Below, piece after piece: positions 1-13,500 of a stretch of DNA of 64,000 nt. Position 1 is the first letter of the stretch; the number at the start of each line of letters is the position of its first letter. The position numbers and the translations under genes were made by a program. The notes beneath the pieces were generated by a model, which ran no database searches, was not told where the DNA came from, and saw only the letters and a list, made by a program, of their open reading frames with translations. This stretch comes from Balanoglossus misakiensis. Taxonomy: Eukaryota > Animalia > Hemichordata. Where the stretch lies: positions 13,089,903 to 13,153,902 of the forward strand of contig CM082577.2 in the NCBI GenBank assembly GCA_040954595.2, in the 5' to 3' direction.

Positions 1-829
1 CAGTGGTAGTTCCTGAAAACGATTTCATGCTCATTAGTAGCAGTAATTTATAAGGTCTGAGAATTTAAAACTTTACATAGTATATATATAGTTTGATATA
101 TCCACAAATATTGTGTGTTGTATATATGAAAGGGAGAAAAATGTGGTTATAAGTGTAAGTAAGGTTAATTGATGAGAAAAAGCATAAGACTCATCACGAA
201 CATCATGTGTTACACCCCACAAAATGTCAGGCTTGTATAGATTCTTGCAATCTGATTAATAGTATAAGTAATCAGATTGAGATTCTTGATACAGGACATG
301 TGAAAGTAGGCCATAGGGTCATCCCAAGATTATCAAAATTGTGTCAAAACATTATCGCCCACACCAGTCCATGTCCAACAACATAAATGACTTGCGTTGG
401 TCAGCGTAAAATATTTAATAATGTTAACATAGGTCAAAAAAGGTCATTATCACAAAACAACTGCACCAATAGCTTTGTTTAAGCCCTAAATTTGATCTGC
501 TCAAACTTGAATTGGAGCACTCTAACTTTATAACCTTGATAACCATGTAAACTACCTGTTAATTACTTTGACACTGCTAAGAGTCTCTTCATACAATTTG
601 GTCTCTGTGAAAACTGTATCTTTAGCATTATCTATGAGATAATAATTAAAGCCTGTAGAGTTGCCACATTTTACATTATTTTCATGATTTTATTTTCCAA
701 CTTAAATTGGTCCACATAAATAACCTTACAGATAGATATGAACATTTGATTGATGTCCAATAGTGGCTGTATGTTGTAATTTGAACACACTAAACAGTAT
801 ATTAAATGGGTGCCACACCCATGCAGCCT

Positions 830-1260
830 CCATACAAACAGTTAAATGCAGCCATCATGGTATATGTGTCGCCAAGAGATTACAAACTGATGATTATAGC
901 TTAATGGTGAGGATTTTGGAAATTTATGTGAAATATGGCAGCTCTTAGCGTTTTTAAGTCCCATGGTAAGTTATATATCATACTAGGTGCAGTCAAACTT
1001 TGCCTACAGCATAATGGCAATCATGCACCTTCCGACAGACATTAAAACCCTGACAACATCATAAACACACATGCCACATGCCCGCCCACTATCTTTTCAG
1101 TTTTTACTAGTAGAAATCTGTCCCCGTGTACCAATTGGATTAAAACCTGACACATTGTTTTTGTTCATGCCTACAGATAGACACACAGAGGGATGGACAG
1201 ACAGACAGACATCAGCATGACATGAGCTCATGTACCAGTATGTGAATCACGTGAGCGAAA
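830..1260 (+). mobile_element. Degenerate HINE/DINE-1-like non-autonomous element
   Basis: (GACA)n tract at about 1175-1211 followed by an imperfect terminal hairpin gctcatgt..cacgtgagc and an A-run. Left boundary uncertain. Confidence 0.4.
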
Positions 1261-1365
1261 ATGGATAATAGTTAAATAGATAATTGGTTGATGGATACAA
1301 TACTCACCATACTGGAAGTATAACATTAATCCATCCAGTAAAAGTATTCCAAATGCATTGCTCAC

Positions 1366-1506
1366 CTTATTAGTTTCCCTCATCAACTGAGCTCCTTTGG
1401 AGAGAAATTGTTTGGTGATGGCTACACAGTCACTATCTTCCCCGCTTGACGTTTCACTGTCACTTTCTTTAACACTTGACGCATAATACAGAGCAGTGTG
1501 TCCTTC
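1366..1506 (-). CDS. ANK exon class D (acidic insertion) EGHTALYYASSVKESDSETSSGEDSDCVAITKQFLSKGAQLMRETNK
   Basis: tag/gtgag, 141 nt, phase 0. Confidence 0.85.
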
Positions 1507-4500
1507 CTATTTAAAAGTTATAACCATCACATAATTTTGTAAATTGAAACAACGGCAACAACAACAACAACAGCAAACCATGAGAACTTATATGAAGGTA
1601 TTTCTCTGAAGGTACATATATGAGTTCTGCACTCCTGGATTGAAAATATGAACAAACATTTCCACATATTGGTGTAAACAATATGAATGTTTTTAAAGAA
1701 ATGTGTTTTGAATACAAAAGGAGCACTTACCACAGAAAATGTATTTATATCAGCACCATTTTCTACCAAGATTTCAACACCCTTCAAGTTTCTTTCCTTA
1801 GATAAGATCTGTAATGATGTCATACCACTCTGTAAAGAAAATAACCGAAACAGATAACAATTACATGCTTGATCATGTTTTCCTTAACAATGTATAGTTT
1901 TTAATGACTGTGGAAGGACAACACCAAAATGTTTCGACAGTAAGAGTGATGATTGTGCCACGATTGTAAAACATAACTTTCCTTTCTCAATTTTCTAAAA
2001 AAAGAAAATGTAATACTGAATAGTTTGTTTAAAACTCTCAAACTATTTTTTCATTATTTATATTATTAAAGGGCCAATAACTTTAACTGCTGGCTGTTTT
2101 TATTCAGCTTGTAACCAACATTTTTTTAGGTGTTTTTAACCGGTAGATCATAGTCAAAAAATAAATTTTAAAAATGAACATTAAGTAAACTGTTACAGCA
2201 AATGTTACTGTTTCTGGAATTTCTTTTATTATAAAGCAACATGCTGTAACTAATGTTTGGCAGTATCTTTACATGGATGTTTGAAAGGGCTAAATATGCA
2301 ATACCACATCGAATAAGTCGTGCAACAAAGTAACATGTTCAATTAACATACCTCAACATATTGATCAATGTTTATACCACCATCCTTCAAAGCAGAAACA
2401 ATGAGCTGGTGATGATTTTTTGCAGCCCAGTGCAGTTGAGCTATATTATCATGACCATTCTAGATGAATAAATGATAAAATTGGTTAAATTTTAAGGGCC
2501 TAACACAACACTGGTAAATATCCACTAGTACATTTAGATCTCTGTTAAATCAATATTTTTACCTTGTATCTGTGAAGTAAATGCAGTAATTGCAGTAATG
2601 TAGCAATAATTTGCTGTTTCCAAATAACCAAATTTACCAGCATGTAATAGTGACCTATGTGTGGCAATAACTTAGTGCGGAAATGAACCCCACACCTCAC
2701 TATTGCATTAAATAAAAGGATAAAAATGACTACTCTTTATCTGTCGAACAGCCTACGCTATCAATTCACACATAAATATCTTCCTATCTAAAATTAAGAT
2801 TGATTGAACACAATGGTCATGAATGGTGTAAAAAATTCTCTATTATGTTTTATCTTAATATGCCATTTCACAATATATGGCACTTTATGAGGACACATAA
2901 CACATTTGGAATCTAATGCTGGGTTAAACTCACCGAGTTGGGATCAATCTTACACTGAGCTCGCAGAAGAAGACGAATTATGTCACTGTATCTTCTCTCA
3001 GCAGCACAAAAGAGTGCTGTACGTCCGTTCTGGGAATATAAAATAAAACTCTAAATATGTATATTCCAATTAAATTAATTGGGAAATGCTTAAATATGGC
3101 TAACAAAATAAAATCACACAAGCAAAACAAAAGCTACTAGTAATTTGTTACCAGCATCAGGATGTTTAGTTCGAAGACTTTCATTCCTTCCAATTGGAAT
3201 TTGGAATAAATAATGGTAACTGGCTTCATGCTGGTCTGTCTGTGAGGTTCATTGATAAACATATAATATTACCCACTAAACCCTATGAACTTGTTTCAAG
3301 TGTGAATGACATATACCAACGTTTGGGTCTATGCTTTTAATAATTTAAAACATGGCATCTGATGTTTACCTTTCCAAAAGAAAATCTACAGCAGGAAAAA
3401 CATGCGGATACCTCGTTTCAAGTTAATCATTATGTTAATCACATCTGTTCACCAGACTTAGTTCATTCCTTTCATATAACATGAATGGGCTATGGTAAAA
3501 TATTAAGCAACATTAATTTCGGTGAATTAAAGCACATTTACTCAAACATTTTTTGACATTACTCTTACCTTGTCAATGGCATTTTTATCAATGTTTTTGT
3601 TGAGCAAGACATCAATAATACTTTCACTTCTACTTAGCACAGCACGATGGAGGGCTGTATATCCAAGCTGTGTGAACAACAAATAATGATACAAATTTGA
3701 AAAAAAAAACATACAGGTACAGGTAAATACACAAATGTGTGCGTGCAGCAATGCATGCATACGTATGTATATACACAAATACCGGTACACATACTCTCAT
3801 GCCTCTCATGCTTCCCATGCCCTCTGTTTTAGATAAAGAGACATGCTTTTTCATGTGCTTGCTTTGGTATTTATATTTTATTTTGCTTACAGCCAGTTGC
3901 CCTGGGAATTATTAGTTAGTCAGCAAAGTTTCTCTTTTGTATTGTTTGACTTGTTTGTCTTTGATTATTGCATAATTAATCAATTGTTTTTTCATCTATC
4001 TCTGTCTGGCGGCATGCATTTACAAAACATATATATATATATATAAAGAATGTGATGGAACTAAGTGATTGAAAAGTACACACGTTGCTATGATATTGTG
4101 TGTACAATAAGACTTTGCAAGGAATTACAAAGTTAGAAAACATATGAATAAAACTCTACATTACCTTATCTTGTTTGTTTATATTTGCTCCACACTCAAT
4201 CAGTATTTCGACTGCATTTTTCTTGTCATTGTAAGCAGCAACATGCAATGCTGTCAAACCATCCTTCGAAAAAACGGTCATATTAGTATTAGTACCAAAC
4301 ATGAAACAACATAATGATTCACCAACCTAACAAGGGGATTTGTTTTATTGTAAGAAGTATCCATGGCTGTTCAATTACCTCAAACTCTTCATCAATATCT
4401 CTTCCTGATTGTTGTAGAGTATTTACAAAATCTTTGCTTTCATACATGGCTGCTGCCAAGTACACTGGCTGTTGAGATGCAGACCACTTCGTTTTAGATG

Positions 4501-7500
4501 AAGTATCTTCCTGATGACTCTATGATGAAAGAGAAATTATCCATGAAACTTCAAATTCATAACCAAGTGTTGTTTAGCAATTGAGAGCGAATTAATACAA
4601 ACATGTCATTTTTTAAAAAGTACACATAAAATATGCCCACACATTTAAACATAGTACATCTATGCAAAATTCATTTTGAAACATGTTCATAAATATAACA
4701 GAGATGTATTGTGATAGATCTGATTATGGAGAATGTTCTTACGTCTGATAAAGGTAAGAAATTTGCGTCTGATTCCAAAAGTACCCTAGTGTTATCAACT
4801 TGTCGATTTCTCACTGCATAGTACAAGGGTGTACGTTTTTCCTGCAAATTTAAAATATGAATGACATAACAAATCAGACATGATAATTATGAATGCCAGT
4901 ATTGTCAAAAGCAGAAAATGAAAATAGCAAAAATATACATAACAAAGCCATGATATTAATATGAATGAAAGTGTTTTCAGCACCAGGAAATGAAAATAAT
5001 AAAAGTATACATTCACAAAGCCATAGTGAGAACAAATACGACGTACGTCTTTTAACCATTTCACCCCAACGTTCTCCCACCCTGGTCCCTTTAAAGAGGT
5101 CAAACTTTACCATATAAAACAATAGCTCCGAACCAAACTGAAGTTAATGATAGAAGGAAAATTCACTGAAAAATTCTTTTTACAAGGACCTAACAGATAT
5201 TGCCAACATGTACCATTGTCGGTTGTGTAGCTGTCACAAAGTAATGATTGGAGCAATGACTCAGATAATTATGCAATTAGCGGTTTATCAACTTGTCACT
5301 GATAGTGGTCTCATGATACAGACGTGCCGGTATATCTGTGATACTATGTATATTTCATCAAACTAAGAAATTATGGAAACACATTACATGTGTAAAACCC
5401 CTTAATGCTATTAAAGTGGGCATTCAGTTTGTTTGGTTTATATTGTGCTTTACAAATACCATAGTTTTACCACTCATTGCATTGCATTATAGTTCCAATG
5501 ATGCTTCTTTTTTCTATAACTGACCCTCACTACCACTGGCTCTTCTTTTGTTTCTTTCTTTGTTAAAAATAGTGGTTTACCAGTACATGTATAAACCAAC
5601 ACCTTCTTTGTTAGAAACAGTTGTTTTATACATCCACATGGTCCCTCCATCACAACGTAGCTAATGGTTTGGGCGAACTTTGACTTGTACAAACTTTGTT
5701 TACTCTTCACGGCAAAGAGCAAAGCTAGGAATCAAACCCAGCATCTGCACTACAAGAATTATCTTCTCCCTTGTATACTCAGGAATTTTTATGATGACTT
5801 AATTCTTTTCACAGATGCTATTCAAGTATCCAAAACCCATTAAAGGTGGAAGTGATGACGTCATATGCCCAGACTGGAGCCATGATCTCAATTTTGACGG
5901 AACAAAAAATCTATGCTGTAAATATTTGCATAGTGGTTCCTGATAAACTATGTACATTTTGTAAATAGGTAAAACAAATCAATAAAACTTACACCATCCT
6001 GTTTGTGTACATCAGCCTTTAACTCAACACAAAGCTGGACAACCTCTTTCTCACTCGAACGAACTTCATGATGTAGAATTGTGCTCCTATCATCTAACTG
6101 GAGGTGTTTTGCAAGAACAAAAAATGAATGTAGAATTGTATTAAACGTACTGCTCACATTTTACCAGAACAGACACATACTAGTGGTATCACCTTATGAA
6201 ACATACTGAATATATAGTTACACTTGACAGAATTCTTCGATGATATATCCATAAAATGAGTATAATATGTAGTAATATAATAATGTATAATAGAAATTGC
6301 TATAATTTAGTCACACTATTAACACATACATCAATAATGTATAATAGAAATTGCTGTAATTTCGTCACACTATTAACATGTACATCACATCACATTAAGA
6401 GAGGTTGTTTGCACCTGAATCTTTGCAATAAACATCTTGTTTGTGAAAAAATATAAACTACTCAACCAATCAGAAAGCTGTTTCTAATAGTTAGGTATTC
6501 TATCATGCCCACATTGTATTCCAAAATGTGTACTCTGACTAACCTAAGAACGCATGAGATTTAATGATGTATGTGCAGAACATAAACTGGAAAACTGGAT
6601 TCATACTTTCCCATAGGATTAAATTGAGAATAGCTAGAAAATCCACTTCAACTATTGTCATTTTCATAACTTAGTCAAATATAAATAAATTCATCGGCCA
6701 ATAAAATCGTATGGTCACTGCGCTCTATTTTGAGATAAACTTCGCTAAAAATTTTGCCCATAGACAAACCATTGGTGAAAAATGATGACTCAGCAGTTTT
6801 CTTCAATTATCGACTAAATTTGTGGCCTTGTATTTTAAAAACAAGTGTGGTGACTCTTGTTTTACTGCGGATTTTCATATATACAAATGAGAAACCAAAA
6901 ATCCACAATTAAAAGAAATGACAATACTTGCAATTTTTCCCATCTTACATCTTTCCCTAAACGAGATTTTGCATCGCGCGGGTTCAGCAACCAGGAACAG
7001 TACAGCAAAGAACCAGCACATTAGATGGAGAAGTCTACATCTGGTTTTAGTCAGATTGACATTTATAATGTACAAATACCCACACAAAAAAATTCTCTCA
7101 ACGCCAATCCACAATCAGGGCAATTTAAATTTACCTCTTCATTTATAGCAAGACCGGCATGTACCAGTGTCCATGAAACATCTCGGTAACAGTTATTCAC
7201 CGCCCAATGAAGACGAGTCATCTGCATAAAAATGAATAGATTAGAAATAACAATTGTTCAAGCTATGAAATTAGTTTTGCATAGTGAGGTGCACTAACAT
7301 TATCAGATCTGTAGCAAGATAAAATATTTTGGCAAGTATTTTTTTATAGCAATTCTTATATTTGTTACATGCATATGCCAGTACATGGTATGTAGTTTTT
7401 ATAGTAACATCAAAAACATTTCATTAATTACAAATGTTACCAAATTCTTATCTAACATTTCTCTGGTATGTTTCATCACATTTGATGCAGTAACACTTGG

Positions 7501-10500
7501 CGTACAGTAGTAATTTAGGCAGTGTGATATGAATTGTAGCAGACATTTTAAACAAGACACCACTATACCGGTATGTACTGTTAGTTCACTCAGTGATATA
7601 AGATCAATGGCTGTTTTGTTGCATACTTTCCAAGATATACTGGTATTGCTCCGTTAATATTGGTTAATTGAACTCTCAAATTAACAATCAATTGGCATTA
7701 TCATCACAACTTCGGGAGATTGATTTTTACAGTTTTCAAAAAATTCAGTGCAGAAATCAGTAATTTTGTACATGGTGATAGTCTTAAACACGCGTATGAA
7801 CAACAGACCTCCAAACACGACTGCTACAGCAAATTTTAACATAAATGTTCCACATGAAGTGCAAATTTTGAAATCATGAATTTGAATTTGAAATGACGAT
7901 TTACATCTGTCTACAACTATTCACACATATGATCGGGATAAATGAAAGTAATCAACTTGTAGATGTGAACATTCTCAAAAATTCTTATAGTTAATGTGGT
8001 GTCCATATAACAATAGGTTGGTAAAATATACTCAAATGTCCAATATCAACCAGGTTTCGTCAATAGTAACATTCTACAGTACTCTCAGATCTACTACACT
8101 TAACATCCAATACTTTTGGAAAGGTGGGTCACAAATTATAGGGTTACAAAAATACAACTTATGTCACATTTGTAGTTATTATTCCTTCACTAATATAAAA
8201 TGTTTTGTTTTCAATTAGGGATGGGTATTATTTTCAGTAAGTTTGGAATTGGTTCAACGGTCACATATCAGATAATTACACTGAAGCGTTTATCATACAT
8301 ACCGTGCTATCTTCGTGTAACCTATGTGTATTGTCCAGTAAGCGTCGAGCTATGGTGACATGTTCATTCCTTGCTGCATAAAACAAAGGAGACAGTCCTT
8401 TCTGTGGGAAAAATCAAAATAAACAAATGCGCTAAAATATGTGATAAGACAACAGGGCCATTTAAATTTTGCAACATCACATTCAGTATCTACAGAGGAA
8501 CTATTTGCAATTTCTGCTACTTCAATATCCAATGAAGCAAATATCTTGTTTCCCAATTAGCTTAACATGTTGTTTCTACTATGGTGAAAAGTTTAAGTTT
8601 CAAATAAATAACCAACATACATGTAGCTTAGCTTACACTAAAGTGAACATTCTAGTAAAGATAAAGCCACTATATATCACATTACTTAGTCGGGATTAGA
8701 GTAACATACCTTACAATACACATTTTCACTAGCTCCATTGCTTAGCAGGATTTCGACTGCATTTTTATCACCCATCTCACAAGCTAGATGTAGTGGAGTC
8801 TTTCCATCCTTCAAAGTTACAAATTAAAGTATAACAAATGTCAATTGTATTTACAATTTGTTCTCTAATTTCAGAATGTACTTAAAGGTAAACAGTCACC
8901 TCCAATTTACATACGCCCATATATGGCTGAAATGGCGTATTTGAGGGTTCTATGAAAGAACATATGGTGGCACTCTTTTGTTCGCGTGTGCCTCCCACTG
9001 AAAATCCGTGATTGGCTAGATCTCAAGTTTACCATCATGGTGACTGTAGCTAAATTTCCATAGGTGACCGTATACCTTTTATGCATCGTTATGACCAAAT
9101 TTCTAAACCAACCTGTACTTCTTTATTCATGTCAACGCCAGAGTCTGCAAGGGCTTTTACCATAGTCGCTTTGTCATTTCTAGCTGCCCAGTCTACTTGT
9201 GACACATTTGATGCATTTTTCTGTAAAGAAACAGTTACACATTACAGTTTATCCTTCCACAAACTCATCAACAGATAATTTAGAGCTTTAAACATCTCAT
9301 ATAGTTGTTATGCAAAAGGATCATTCATATTTATGAAGATTTTTTACCCAAGTCATTTTCTTAATACAGGGACAGTGGCTTAGTCCGCTTACTGAGAAGA
9401 TTATAAAAATCAAGACAAAAATTATTTATATGTTTACATATTACTTCTTCCAACTTCAGGACGTATCTCAAACTATGTGATAACATTGTATTTATCTTAA
9501 TACTAACTGTGTCTGGATGAATAGGACTTTTGGCTTCTAAAAGAATCTTGACGATTTCTTTTTGTCCTTTCTCTTGGTATTTATTCAATGCCATGTATAG
9601 TGGAGTTTGGATTTCCTGCAATAAATATTGACATATTTTGTAATCAGACCATGTAACTGACCCAGAAGCTGTCGTTTCATTATAAACTGACCTACTTCAT
9701 AATTCATCTGGTATAGACTGTATTTATCCTGTAAGTTTAATATTCCAAATGGAGACACATTCAATACAGATTATAGAATAGAGCAGTCAGGCCCAGGTTG
9801 TGTGGAATATTCTAGAGGTTTATTTCAGTAGATAAGGTATGTACCCATGCACAGCTACCTAGAAAAAATTATTTCAAAGTTTACTATTGGTGTTGATTGT
9901 ACAGAGTACAGTTTTAGTCAGCAATCAGTATTATCCATGCAAAACAGACTGAATGTCACTACATACTTTTGAAAGTGAGTTTGGTCCCAATTTTACTGAC
10001 AAATGTAAAGCAAAGGCAGGTCTGCATACACATACACTGGGTTTGCAAGATAAGCAAATTGGAAAAAAATATTTAATAACATGTGCCAATATAATGTGTA
10101 AACCGAGGCAAAGAAATGAAAATGTCAAACAAGTTTGGTCCACTGATGGCACATTTCAACGTAAAAGTCTGTCTGTATAAATACCTAGATAAACGAAAAT
10201 ATGCAAAAGGTCACCCAGTATTTATGAATAAATTTTGGTCGCTTATGTGACACATGTTTTCATATATTTTGGAAGCCAGTTTCATCATGTTGTGTATGAA
10301 AAAGGATACAAAAGGTCAACCGCTATATTATCATTGACCCATAACAAGCAAACAGCAAAAACTCTGTATAATTTAGCAACTGGGATATGCAAATGTAGGT
10401 CAAAGTTCACAACTTTTCAGACAAATTATGCATGCCTTGTGCATCAAAAATCTTATCAGATCTATTGAGATGTGATATGCCAATTTAGAATGACATTTGG

Positions 10501-13500
10501 TTTAGCAGTTTTCAAGTTGACACTATACTTTGTGATCTTTATGCTAATGAGAATACTTATTTTAGTAAAACATCCCAAAATGTCACTGGCAATGATTCAA
10601 TTATGTTACCAAAAATATTTATGAACAATTGCTACCTATGGTAAATTGCATATGACATTCAGAGCATGCAGAGTGATAACATGAAAGGACTAATAATCAA
10701 AACTATAAAATTATTGGTGTTACATACCACATCAGGTATATCTGATCTCGCCCCGCTTTGCATAAGAGTTTCGCTGGCTTCAAAGTTAGCCCCAAGTACA
10801 GCATGGTGCATTGCTGTTCGCCCATCCTGTGAATAATTTTAAAAGTTTGAGCTAGAATTGATAACCTACCGGTACATTGGCCATGTGGCATTTGCGAATT
10901 TGGTATATTCTGACACTAAATGACCATTCATGGCCTCAAACGAGTCTTTGAGTTTGCCACATTCAACAGAGTAATATTGTTAACATAACTGTCAAAACCT
11001 ATTTATTATTAACCAGATAAGTAAACAGAACACCTGCAAAATTAATCGGTACTTGCATTTACATGTATTTAACTAGTGAGAGTGCACAACATGCACATCT
11101 AGCCCTGTTGAGCACGTCCACTAGGCAAACTATGTCCTATACACCAAATTTCACAATTACAGTTGCCCTTGTTACTTTGTAAATACAAAGCATAATGTAT
11201 TAAACAGTTTTGCATGCAGTTTAAAAAACATGAGGTTTCAAATTTTCTACAATGATAGTGAAAAAATGTGATACGAGAGCTAGAACATTTAATATGTTAT
11301 TGTTGTGAATTTGTTGGAGCTTGATTTATGTATAATTGTGTATATGTATGGCAACAAATTCAGGACAAAACAGTACACAACAGTAGTGATGATGCTACGA
11401 TATTTCTTAAGCAAACCAAAGATGCATGATTTAGACATGACAATTGTTGTGCTATTATTTACTCTGCAATAACTTCCCACTTACTTTGTCTTTAATGTCA
11501 ATAAGTGCTCCATGTTTAAGAAGAAGAGATATTGCTTCTTTCTCATTTTCTTTTGATGCTAAATGTAGGGCAGTTTCTCCTTCCTTTAAGAAAATGTGGA
11601 AATAAGAAAGCTATATCATAATTTGCACTTTTAAAATTGTTTTGACATCTGTATAAAGCAGAAGGCAATCGTACTTTTCTGATATTTCTTCACAATGTGA
11701 CTTGATTTTTTGACATTACGTATCCACCAATGCAACTTACAGTGTTTGTGGCATCCACCCTATAACCAGCATTGCATAGCACTTTCAGATATGGGGTTTT
11801 TGTATACTTTGTTGCAGCACAGTAGACTGTCATTTCTTCCAATTTCTCAGGCTAATTCAAAGAAAAAAATGTTGAGGATAGGTCATAACTGACAATACTT
11901 ATTACATGGGGTTAGCATGTGTAGGTGCCTTATTTAAAATGTTATCGTATATCCTCTTCAATTCACAAGGTTTAAAGCATTTATTACTTGTCAATGAAAA
12001 TAGCTTTAACTGGTAACATGGCATGTAAAATACATGCCCAGGGTGCAGATCAGTGTTCCTCTGTACATACCTGCAATGAACTTTCAAAACCAGCACCAGC
12101 CCTTTTAAGTGTCTTCACGTTGTCCGTTTGTTCGTGATGGACAGCATAGTAGAATGCACTCTTCCCGTCCTTAGTTTGAAAAAGCAGGAAATATATTTGT
12201 CAAACACACAAAGGGCTTGTTTATTGGATAAAACTATTTTATTTATCTGACTGAGCAATTTTTAAAATTTCATAAAAAAATAGTACAAGTGAATTTTCTA
12301 GCCAATCTCAATATAGTCCTATGGAATTAAGACACAAATGCATACACATTTGCACAGTTCACAAGTTTTCGTTCTGTATGTACCTTCTTAAAACACAACC
12401 TTCCAGGTGCAAGTCAACAAATGAACCCAGGGATCAGTTTCACAAAGTTTATTGAAACTTTATTTAAAATGTTTTTCACACAATTCCGGCTGCCATAAAT
12501 AGGTTTTCACTTTGCGCAAGAGGGGGCAAATCACATTGCATTCTGGGTGAAAAGTCGACAACCCACTGTAGTAAGAGATAGAAGAAATGATATGTTTACT
12601 GTATTTCATGACTTTCTATGGTAAAGCATGTATGTCTTTGTAGTTAGTATATTAAGCTAATTAAACTTTTTTCATACGTTGTTATTTTTTCTTTTAAAAA
12701 GTTTCAGAATGACCCATCATCACTTTAGCTTATGAACTCCCATTTCTTAAACATGGCAAAAATCGGCCATCTTGAAATTGTGTCGACCATATGTGATTTT
12801 CATCACTCACTTAGGTAGCTTAAAACCAATTGAAGGTAGGGAGAATTATCATTTTTTCTTAGAAGTGATTTCTATGAATGATACATCAGTAGCCCTATAT
12901 ATTTAAGCAAATTTGGCAAGACCTGACTAATATTTTTGTCTGCATATTGCTACTGTAAATATCATTCACAATATATTATTCACCAAGAAAGATCTCTAAA
13001 TGTCATTGTTTTGATGAAAGTTGTGACCCTCCTCCCCATTGCATCAGCCATCCCAAAATCAGTCCAGGTACTAATCTATTCAAAGTCACTTACTGCATCA
13101 AGCATGTGGCAATCAGCGTTCATTTGTAGACACAGATTAACTGCATCAATGTTGTTTTCTCTCGCAACAAGATGCAGTACTGTTGTTTTTTTAGGATATT
13201 CCTGGGAATTTAAACACAAAATTAAATCCATTGTAAGCTTTTTTGTTAAATATATATCTGTATCATTCAGGGTGGTGTTTATTATACAATGTTATGGCTT
13301 TCATTGTTTAATGTAGAGACACATCTGGAGGAAGATATCTCACCTTCAAGTGCGTTCAGCCAATTGTATAATGAGCAATACAGTCAAACTGACTGAAAAT
13401 TTATTGTATTTCTTTAATTCTTTCAATTGTATTTTCTGAATTGTGAAAATTTTCAACATAAAAGTTTGAACTGTAACCACCTGTTATCATATCTAGTACG

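Noticed and set aside
5700-5760. Possible tRNA gene (B-box-like ggtttgattcc on the minus strand)
   Set aside because: No cloverleaf; at most a decayed SINE fragment.
6279-6378. 54-bp direct duplication
   Set aside because: Two-copy local slippage in an intron with no further structure.
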